DNA of 64,000 nucleotides, taken from contig JBBRVW010000005.1 in NCBI GenBank assembly GCA_038246545.1, positions 21,729-85,728 of the forward strand. Direction: 5' to 3'. Each line of letters starts with the position of its first letter. The stretch's first letter is position 1. Under the pieces are notes generated by a model that worked only from the letters and a program-made list of their open reading frames with translations, made no database searches and had not been told where the DNA came from. Source of the DNA: Actinomycetes bacterium. GTDB taxonomy: Bacteria; Actinomycetota; Actinomycetes; JACCUZ01. The position numbers were made by a program, and so were the translations under genes. Shown piece by piece: positions 20,109 to 27,728 of the stretch.

Positions 20109-22091
20109 ATGATCGACACCGCTGCCCAACGTACCGGGTGGTCGCGCTGGGTCCGCGGTACCCGCGGCACACTGTCCGTCTGGGACCGCGTGGTCGTGGT
20201 CGGCTATCTCGTCCTGGTTCTCTTCGGCATCACCACCTCGTCGGTGGGTTCGGCACCGCTCCTGGACGACCCGGCCGCTCGCGCCCCCGGCCTCATCGTC
20301 GGCTCGCCTGACTCCATTCGCTCCGACGAGTTCGTCCGGTCCACACCGTGGATCAGCGGGCTGATGGAGGCCGGCGGGACGTCGTTCCGCACGCCTCTGA
20401 CGTACCGCGACTCAGCGCTGGTAGCCACGCCGCTGGGCGGTCCGTTCACGACCCTGCTCTACCCCGACACCCGGTCGGTCATCACTCTCGGCAAGTGGCT
20501 CCCAAGTCAGGCATTTGCCGCTGGTTGGTGGCTCCCCCTGCTGTTGGTGTCGCTCCTTGCGCCACGGTGGTTCCGCCGGTTCGGGGTCGGACCGGAGATC
20601 TCCCTGCCGCTCACCGTTATAACGATCCTGTCGCCGGCGTGCGTGTGGTGGTCTTGGTCACCCGTGGCCATCCTCGAGTGGGCGTTCGCAGCAGCCGTCG
20701 CTGCCGGGTACGCCATCGACGAGGTCCGCAAGCGCGGTGTTCCGACCTGGCGAGGCTGGTTGCTGACCCTCGTTTCCGGCATCTGCCTGGCCCGGTTGGC
20801 CCTGACGTACCAGCCGTGGTCTATTCCGCTCGGTGCGGCGATCCTCGTCCCGACGGCCGTCGCCCTCGTGCAGGGAAAGGCCCGCCTGTGGCCGCGACTC
20901 GGGCTGTTGGTGCTGGCGATGGTCGCGGCCGGCGTTTCGCTGTTCAGCTACATCCGGGAGCACGCGAGCACGCTCAAGGTGCTCTCGAACACGGCCTACC
21001 CAGGTGAGCGGCGATTCGCGGGTGACCTGGTCGATCCGTCTGTCCTGCTTGCGGGGCCGCACCTCTGGGTGTCGCAGACAACGCCCCCACTCGTGAACAC
21101 CAACCTGTCGGAGGCCGCCACCGGCTACACCGTGCTCGGTGTCGTCGCGCTGCTCTTGGTGCCGGCCATCCGGTGGCGTCGTCTGAACCGTCGTGTCGCA
21201 GCGCCGGTCGTGGCCTCCGGTGTCACGTTGGCCGCGTTGGCGTCCTGGTGCCTCATGTCGTGGCCGCTGCCGGCCTCTCATCTCTTCCCGATGAGCCTCG
21301 TCTCCCCGGGACGCCTCGCGCAGGTCATCGGGCTCGCGGCCACCCTGACGTTCGGAATGTTCCTGGCGGCCTGGCGTTCCACTGGTTCGCGGCAACGGTT
21401 CGGCTCGGCTGTCGTGGTGGCTGTCACCGTGTTCTTCCTGACAGCGGTCGGCGGTAGCACATTCCGGGCCGCTCACCTGCCGGTATACCGAGCCGTTTAC
21501 GTCATCGGGGTGTCCCTCCTCGCCGCTGCCGTTCTGGGGGCAGCCATCGTCACGGCGAGGCGGTCTTGGTTCCTGGTCCCCGTCGCAGCCATGGCGGCGT
21601 GCGTCGTCGCGACCGTCTCACCGTGGCAGGTTGGGTTCGCCGGCCTGCGCCACGGCCATGCCGCGCAGTCGGTCGACGCGCTGGCCTCGGACCCCGTCGA
21701 GGATGGTCAGAATCGTTGGGTCAGCGACGACATCTTCACCGACGCCCTGCTCATGGCCAACGCCATCCCGTCCGTCTCCGGACAGCAATGGGCGGGCCCC
21801 AACCGGGACGCGTGGGAGGTGCTGGACCCTGACGACTCGGAGGAGCTGACGTGGAACCGTGGGGCAACGTACATCAACTTCGCCTACGGCCGTTCGGGCA
21901 GCGTGCCGACGCTCGAACTTCGCTCCACGGATGTCATCGTGGTCACGGTCGACCCCTGCGGACCAGCCCTCGACCGTCTGGACGTCGGGTTCGTGGTCAG
22001 CCGAGCACCGCTGTCCGCGAGCTGTCTGGAGCAGCGCGAGAGCTTCGACTTCGGTGGCAGTCGGCGCTATGTCTATTCGCGAACGGGCTGA
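20109..22091 (+). CDS. Polytopic membrane protein, probable GT-C-fold glycosyltransferase
   Basis: More than 10 hydrophobic segments; acidic IRSDEF motif in the first external loop; TAYPGER; soluble C-terminal domain; sits inside the glycan locus. Confidence 0.6.
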   Translation: MIDTAAQRTGWSRWVRGTRGTLSVWDRVVVVGYLVLVLFGITTSSVGSAPLLDDPAARAPGLIVGSPDSIRSDEFVRSTPWISGLMEAGGTSFRTPLTYRDSALVATPLGGPFTTLLYPDTRSVITLGKWLPSQAFAAGWWLPLLLVSLLAPRWFRRFGVGPEISLPLTVITILSPACVWWSWSPVAILEWAFAAAVAAGYAIDEVRKRGVPTWRGWLLTLVSGICLARLALTYQPWSIPLGAAILVPTAVALVQGKARLWPRLGLLVLAMVAAGVSLFSYIREHASTLKVLSNTAYPGERRFAGDLVDPSVLLAGPHLWVSQTTPPLVNTNLSEAATGYTVLGVVALLLVPAIRWRRLNRRVAAPVVASGVTLAALASWCLMSWPLPASHLFPMSLVSPGRLAQVIGLAATLTFGMFLAAWRSTGSRQRFGSAVVVAVTVFFLTAVGGSTFRAAHLPVYRAVYVIGVSLLAAAVLGAAIVTARRSWFLVPVAAMAACVVATVSPWQVGFAGLRHGHAAQSVDALASDPVEDGQNRWVSDDIFTDALLMANAIPSVSGQQWAGPNRDAWEVLDPDDSEELTWNRGATYINFAYGRSGSVPTLELRSTDVIVVTVDPCGPALDRLDVGFVVSRAPLSASCLEQRESFDFGGSRRYVYSRTG

Positions 22092-22099
22092 TCGTCGGG

Positions 22100-22345
22100 T
22101 TGAGCAGCTTTCTGTACGTCCTGGTGCCGGCGTACGGCGAGTCGCCCTACCTCGCTGCGACGCTGGCCCGGAGGTGGAGTATCTTGGGCTTCGGCGTCGC
22201 GGGCGCCCTCCAGTGCCTGCGCGGACGCCTTCGGCGCCGATACACGCTCGTGACCGGGTGGGATGACCTGGTGGGCGCCGTTCGCGTCGGTTGCGCACAG
22301 CAGCGCCACCGCGTACGCCCTGGGCTCGCAGACCGCGGCGAATGA
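22100..22345 (+). pseudogene. Eroded GT2 remnant, paralogous to the convergent GT2
   Basis: Translates to LYVLVPAYGESPYLAATL...GVAGAL...YTLVTGWDD, matching LSVVVPAYGTSPYLTETL...GVSGAF...HVLLVGPDD of 22372..23250, with large internal deletions. Confidence 0.7.
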
Positions 22346-22371
22346 GCAGCCGCGGCTCCCTGTCGCCTGAC

Positions 22372-23250
22372 TTAGGGGGAGCCGTCGCGCGACCCGGACG
22401 AGAATGTCAGCCGTATCGTGTCGAGCCGGTCGTTTCCGGCGGGGCGCACGGCCTGAAGGAGGCCGTGTGCTCGTGCGGTCGGGGCCAGCCGAGCCGCCAT
22501 GGTTGCTCGGCGCCAGCCGGCCTTGCCCGCCTCGTCACGGAAACCCGAGTGGACGGCCAACTCCTCCGTGAGGCGCTTCCGGCCTGCGTTCACGCTTGAG
22601 ACAGCCTGGGAGTGCCGTCGGTACTCGAGCCCCAGGCCGTCGACCAGCGCGAGGGACTCGCCGGCGAGCGCGAGCCTGAGGAGAAGGTCGAGATCCATCG
22701 CGGTGTGCAGATCGGTGTCGAAGGGCTCCGCCGCGACGAACGAGGTGCGCCACGCGATCGAGGGGTTGTACGTCCAGTTCCCCCATAGCAGCGATGTCGC
22801 CAGCGGCTGCCCGCTGAGCAGGCCGATCCGCCGCGGTCGCAGGAGTGCCTTCGTGCGGTCGACGAGGCCGACCGTATGGGCGCCGCTGGAATCGATCGAC
22901 ACCACCGCCGGGTGGACCGCAGCCGCCTCGGGCCAGCGGCCGAGTGCGTCGGCATACACGTCGTACATCCCTGGCACACCGCGGTCGTCCGGGCCTACGA
23001 GGAGGACGTGCGAGGTCTTGACGCGGCCGGCGGCGCGGTTGAACGCCCCTGAGACCCCGAGGTTCTCCTCGTTGCGCCAGTACTCGACACGACCGTGGAA
23101 CGGAACAACTTGACTCCGCACGGCGTCATCGGAACTGGCGTCGTCCTGGACGCCGATGGGGCAGTCGGCCGGCAAGTGCGCCACCAGGGACGTGAGCGTT
23201 TCGGTGAGGTAGGGCGACGTACCGTAGGCAGGAACGACGACGCTGAGCAC
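22372..23250 (-). CDS. GT2 glycosyltransferase
   Basis: VVVPAYG, QDDAS, NLGVSGAFN, GPDD, DLDLLLR, YRRH. Confidence 0.88.
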   Translation of the reverse strand: MLSVVVPAYGTSPYLTETLTSLVAHLPADCPIGVQDDASSDDAVRSQVVPFHGRVEYWRNEENLGVSGAFNRAAGRVKTSHVLLVGPDDRGVPGMYDVYADALGRWPEAAAVHPAVVSIDSSGAHTVGLVDRTKALLRPRRIGLLSGQPLATSLLWGNWTYNPSIAWRTSFVAAEPFDTDLHTAMDLDLLLRLALAGESLALVDGLGLEYRRHSQAVSSVNAGRKRLTEELAVHSGFRDEAGKAGWRRATMAARLAPTARAHGLLQAVRPAGNDRLDTIRLTFSSGSRDGSP

Positions 23251-23385
23251 GACCGAACCACTCCCAGCGGGTCATCCGAGCCAGAACTTGCCCCTATATG
23301 GTTCCCAGACCCTACCAAGGCGGTTTTCGGGCCACCGCGCTGCCCGAGACAAGATCATCGTCGTCCGAATCGTGAGTCTGAGGTC

Positions 23386-24447
23386 ATGAGAGTTCTCGTC
23401 ACAGGAGGCGCCGGGTTCATCGGCACAGCTCTCGCCCGAGCGGGCGCACAGGAGGCCGACGAATGGGTAGTGCTCGACAATCTGCTGACGCAGGTGCACG
23501 GGCCGGACCCGCAGCTGGACCTCCCCGGCTCTGTTCGACTCGTCGTCGGCGACGTTCGCGACCCCGAGGCCATCCACCGCGTTGTCCGCGAGGCGCAGCC
23601 GGACGTTGTCGTGCACCTGGCCGCCGAAACGGGCACGGGCCAATCGCTGACCGAGCCGTCGCGCCACGCTGACGTCAACGTCACCGGGACGGCGAGGCTG
23701 CTCGAAGCTCTAGACGCCAATCCCGACGTGACGCGGCGCGTGATCCTGACGAGCAGCCGTGCGGTCTACGGAGAGGGTCACTGGCTCGATCGCCAAGGTC
23801 GCCTGTCGAGTCCTGCTGGCCGCACGCTGGAGATGCTCGAGGCCGGGCAGTGGGACTTCCCAGGACTCCGTCCGTTGCCGAGCACCGCGGGGGTAACGCC
23901 GCCGCGGCCGTGCAACGTCTACGGGGCGACGAAGCTGGCCCAGGAGCACCTCCTCCAGAGCTGGGCGGTCGCCAGGAGCGCTTGCACGGCGGTGCTTCGG
24001 CTGCAAAACGTCTATGGACCGGGCCAGTCACCGCTGAACCCGTACACCGGAATCACCACCCTGTTCTTTGGCGTCGCCACGGCGGGCTCTCCTATCCCGG
24101 TCTATGAGGACGGTCTGATCGGGAGGGATTTCGTCTTCATCCGGGACGTCGTTGATGCTCTTCGGGCCGCACTGGCGGACGAGGGGGACTCACTCCTGGA
24201 CGTCGGCTCTGGCACGGTCTCGACGATCGCGGAGGTGGCCGCAGAGATCTCGCGGCTGGCCGATGGGCCCGAGCCGGTGGTGACCGGTCAGTACCGTCTT
24301 GGCGACGTCCGCCACGCCTCCTGCGTCGCCCCTCGGGCGGAGCCGTCTGCCGGGGGGCGTGCGACGCCGCTGTCGGAGGGTCTCGCCGCTCTGCACCGGT
24401 GGCTCCGGGACTCCCCGGCCGACTCATCGGCCTCAGTCGTCGGCTGA
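23386..24447 (+). CDS. NAD-dependent epimerase/dehydratase (WbiB-like dTDP-rhamnose 4-epimerase subfamily)
   Basis: VTGGAGFIG, HLAAETGTGQS, SSRAVYGEG, YGATKLAQE, NVYGPGQSPLNPYTG. Confidence 0.8.
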   Translation: MRVLVTGGAGFIGTALARAGAQEADEWVVLDNLLTQVHGPDPQLDLPGSVRLVVGDVRDPEAIHRVVREAQPDVVVHLAAETGTGQSLTEPSRHADVNVTGTARLLEALDANPDVTRRVILTSSRAVYGEGHWLDRQGRLSSPAGRTLEMLEAGQWDFPGLRPLPSTAGVTPPRPCNVYGATKLAQEHLLQSWAVARSACTAVLRLQNVYGPGQSPLNPYTGITTLFFGVATAGSPIPVYEDGLIGRDFVFIRDVVDALRAALADEGDSLLDVGSGTVSTIAEVAAEISRLADGPEPVVTGQYRLGDVRHASCVAPRAEPSAGGRATPLSEGLAALHRWLRDSPADSSASVVG

Positions 24448-24810
24448 CGCGCGTGGCGCGGCGGCCACTCGGATTCCCAGTTGGCGCTGGGTCGCCTCGT
24501 CTATCGCGAGGCGGCGGGCCAGCACGGTGAGCTGCCGCTCGACGTCGCGGAACTTCAGGTAGAAGCCGACCACGACGTAGAGAAAAACCGCCACGAGCAG
24601 GTACAGCAGCAGGTCGGTGCCGCGACCGACGCCGACAAAGTTGGCGACCCGGGTGGTGAGGTCCGGGTAGAGGATCGAGACCACTGCGGCGCCGGCCAGC
24701 GCGACCATGATCAGCCGCTTCCAGGCGCGGGTGCGGGCGGTGCCGCGGCGCTGCAGCAGCACGACGACGAGCCCCAGGGTGGCGGCGATGAGGAAGACCT
24801 GGATCAGCAT
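24433..24810 (-). CDS. DUF2304 family membrane protein (GacJ/Rv3632-like partner)
   Basis: Three TM helices; ANFVGVGRGTDLLLY signature; directly downstream of a DPM1-like GT2. Confidence 0.88.
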   Translation of the reverse strand: MLIQVFLIAATLGLVVVLLQRRGTARTRAWKRLIMVALAGAAVVSILYPDLTTRVANFVGVGRGTDLLLYLLVAVFLYVVVGFYLKFRDVERQLTVLARRLAIDEATQRQLGIRVAAAPRASADD

Positions 24811-24817
24811 GGTGGCC

Positions 24818-25495
24818 TCACTTCAGCAGCAGGTCGAACAGGATGTTGACCCCGTTGATGAGGGGCTGTCCCTTGCTCTTGGAGTACGTCGTGTAGCGGA
24901 TGTGCACCGGCAGCTCGGCGTAGCGGAACTTGCGGCGGGCCACGATCGAGAGCACCTCGGATGCGTGCGCCATGCCGTTCATCTGCAGGTCGAGGGCCTC
25001 GGCGACCTCCCGGTCGAACACCCGCATCCCGTTGTGGGTGTCGGTGAGCGCCAGTCCGGTGCTCGAGCGGGTGTACCAGATCGCCGCGCGCAGGACGGCG
25101 CGCTTGGCGCCGCCAATCTCGCTCCGGCGGTCGAGGAACCGCGAACCGAACACGATCTGGGCCTGGGCGGTCCGCAGCAGCTCGACCATCGGCTCGATGG
25201 CCACGATGTCGTGCTGCCCGTCGGCGTCGAAGGTGACGAACCAGCGCACCTGCGGCAACGTCATTGCGTACTCGATGCCGGTCCGAAGAGCCGCGCCCTG
25301 GCCGAGGTTGATCGGGTGCCGGACCAGCAGCGCCCCGGCATCCAGCACGGCCTGCGAGGACCCGTCGCCGCTGCCGTCGTCCACGCACACGACCAGCGGG
25401 TAGGTCTGCCGCAGCTCCCGCACGACGTCGCCGACGACGGCGGCCTCGTTATAGACGGGGATCACGACGCAGACGTCCGACTGCGTGATCGACAT
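24818..25495 (-). CDS. DPM1-like GT2 (polyprenyl-phosphate sugar synthase, PpgS/GacI-like)
   Basis: VIPVYNEA, DDGS, HPINLGQGAAL, TFDADGQH, GSRF, TDTHNGMR, SKGQ. Confidence 0.88.
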   Translation of the reverse strand: MSITQSDVCVVIPVYNEAAVVGDVVRELRQTYPLVVCVDDGSGDGSSQAVLDAGALLVRHPINLGQGAALRTGIEYAMTLPQVRWFVTFDADGQHDIVAIEPMVELLRTAQAQIVFGSRFLDRRSEIGGAKRAVLRAAIWYTRSSTGLALTDTHNGMRVFDREVAEALDLQMNGMAHASEVLSIVARRKFRYAELPVHIRYTTYSKSKGQPLINGVNILFDLLLK

Positions 25496-25614
25496 CCGTC
25501 TCCGCTCCTCACGGCAGGGGGGACGCCCGGCGGCGCCCGCTCGCCGATGACCGGCGTTCTCGGCGATCAGGCTACAGTTTCGCAGCGATTCGCCCACAAC
25601 GGCTGGAGGAGTGC

Positions 25615-26598
25615 ATGACCGCCTGGAACGGCGCATCGGTGTTGATCACCGGAGGTACGGGGTCCTTCGGGAAGGCCTTCACCCGCCGGCTCCTCGACGA
25701 CGGCCAGGCGGAGCGGATCGTCATCTACTCCCGTGACGAGCTCAAGCAGTACGAGGTCCGTCGGCTGCTCGGCGACCACCCGCGGCTGCGGTTCCTGATC
25801 GGCGACGTCCGCGACAAGGACCGGCTGCGCCGCGCGATGTCCGGTATCGACTACGTGGTGCACGCCGCGGCGCTCAAGCAGGTCGACACCGCGGAGTACA
25901 ACCCGTTCGAGGCGGTGAAGACGAACATTCTCGGGTCGCAGAACGTCATCGACGTGGCGATCGACTCCGGCGTCAAGCGCGTCGTCGCGCTCTCGACCGA
26001 CAAGGCGTCCAGCCCGATCAACCTCTACGGCGCCACGAAGCTCTGCGCCGACAAGCTGTTCATCGCCGGCAACCACTACGCCGCCAAGTCGGCCACCCGG
26101 TTCGCTGTGGTGCGCTACGGCAACGTCGTCGGCAGCCGCGGCTCGGTCGTGCCGTTCTTCCGCTCGCTCGTCGACAGCGGCGCCACCGTGCTGCCGATCA
26201 CCGACGACCGGATGACCCGGTTCTGGATCACGCTGCCGCAGGCGGTGCAGTTCGTGCTCGACGCGTTCGCCCGGATGCACGGCGGAGAGCTCTACGTGCC
26301 CCGCATCCCGAGCATGAAGATCACCGACCTCGCGGAGGTGCTCGCACCCGGCCTCAAGACCGAGATCATCGGCATCCGGCCGGGCGAGAAGCTGCACGAG
26401 GAGATGATCTCGGTGGAGGACGCGCACCGGACCCTGCGGTTCGCCGACCACTACGTCGTCAAGCCGGTCATCTCGCACTGGGGCGGCGAGGAGACCCACG
26501 GTGGCGACGAGGTCGCCGACGACTTCGTCTACCGGTCGGACCGCAACGACCAGTGGCTGACGCACGACGAGCTGTCCGAGATGGTCTCGGCGCTGTGA
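25615..26598 (+). CDS. pseB: UDP-N-acetylglucosamine 4,6-dehydratase (inverting)
   Basis: ITGGTGSFG, YSRDELKQ, HAAALKQV, AEYNPFE, LSTDKA, RYGNVVGSRGSV, GIRPGEKLHE. Confidence 0.93.
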   Translation: MTAWNGASVLITGGTGSFGKAFTRRLLDDGQAERIVIYSRDELKQYEVRRLLGDHPRLRFLIGDVRDKDRLRRAMSGIDYVVHAAALKQVDTAEYNPFEAVKTNILGSQNVIDVAIDSGVKRVVALSTDKASSPINLYGATKLCADKLFIAGNHYAAKSATRFAVVRYGNVVGSRGSVVPFFRSLVDSGATVLPITDDRMTRFWITLPQAVQFVLDAFARMHGGELYVPRIPSMKITDLAEVLAPGLKTEIIGIRPGEKLHEEMISVEDAHRTLRFADHYVVKPVISHWGGEETHGGDEVADDFVYRSDRNDQWLTHDELSEMVSAL

Positions 26599-27728
26599 CC
26601 GGGGGGTTCCTCCCGTACGGGCGCCAGGACGTCGACGAGGAGGACGTCGCCGCCGTCGCAGCCGTGCTGCGCGGCGACTGGCTGACGACCGGACCGGCGG
26701 TCGACGCGTTCGAGGCAGACCTGTCGGCGCACGTCGGCGGCCATCCCGTCGTGTCGGTCACGTCCGGCACGGCAGCGTTGCACGTGGCCTACGCCGGGCT
26801 CGGGGTCGGGCCCGGCCAGGAGGTCGTCACGACCCCGATGACGTTCGCGGCGACGGCCACGACAGCGGCCATGCTGGGCGCCACAGTGCGGTTCGCCGAC
26901 GTCAGCGACGACACCCTCAACCTCGACCCGGGTGCGGCGTCGGATGCCGTCACGTCCGCCACGACGGTCGTCGCCGCCGTCGACTACGCCGGGCACCCGG
27001 CCGACCTGGACGCGCTGCGCAAGGTTGCCGACGAGGCCGGCGCCGCCCTGCTCGAGGACGCCGCGCACTCGATCGGCGCGACGCACGCCGGCCGCCCGGT
27101 CGGGTCTGTCGCCGACGTCACGACGTTCTCGTTCTTCCCGACCAAGCACCTCACCACGGCCGAGGGCGGCGCCGTCGTCGCGCTCGACGACGAGGTGGCA
27201 GCCCGGGCCCGGCGGTTCGCCCGGATCGGGCGCGACCCGCAGCCCGTGCGGCATACCGATGAGGGTGCCTGGTTCTACGAGATGTCCGTGCTCGGGCTCA
27301 ACTACCGGCTGCCGGACGTGCTGGCCGCGCTCGGCAGCAGCCAGCTGCGCCGCCTGCCGGCGTTCGTGGCCCGCCGGGCGCAGCTGGTGGCGCGCTACGA
27401 CGAGCTGCTCGCCGCCGTCCCCGGTCTGCGGCTGCCGGAGCGCCGCGGCGACGTCGAGCCCGCCTGGCACCTCTACTCCGTGCGGGTCCTCGACGGCCGG
27501 CGCCGCGAGGTGTTCGACCGGCTTCGGGCCGAGGGCATCGGCGTGCAGGTGAACTACATCCCGGTGCACTGGCACCCGGTGTTCGAGGACCTCGGCTACC
27601 GCCGTGGCATGTGCCCGGTCGCGGAGGCTGCGTACGCCGAGCAGCTGTCGCTGCCGCTGTTCCCGGGGATGGCCGACCAGGACCTCGAGCGGGTGGTCGA
27701 GGTGCTCGGATGCGTCCTGCGCGGATGA
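26595..27728 (+). CDS. pseC: PseC-type DegT/DnrJ aminotransferase
   Basis: LPYGRQ, WLTTGP, EDAAHS, FSFFPTKHLTTAEGG, GLNYRL; translationally coupled to pseB. Confidence 0.88.
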   Translation: MTGGFLPYGRQDVDEEDVAAVAAVLRGDWLTTGPAVDAFEADLSAHVGGHPVVSVTSGTAALHVAYAGLGVGPGQEVVTTPMTFAATATTAAMLGATVRFADVSDDTLNLDPGAASDAVTSATTVVAAVDYAGHPADLDALRKVADEAGAALLEDAAHSIGATHAGRPVGSVADVTTFSFFPTKHLTTAEGGAVVALDDEVAARARRFARIGRDPQPVRHTDEGAWFYEMSVLGLNYRLPDVLAALGSSQLRRLPAFVARRAQLVARYDELLAAVPGLRLPERRGDVEPAWHLYSVRVLDGRRREVFDRLRAEGIGVQVNYIPVHWHPVFEDLGYRRGMCPVAEAAYAEQLSLPLFPGMADQDLERVVEVLGCVLRG

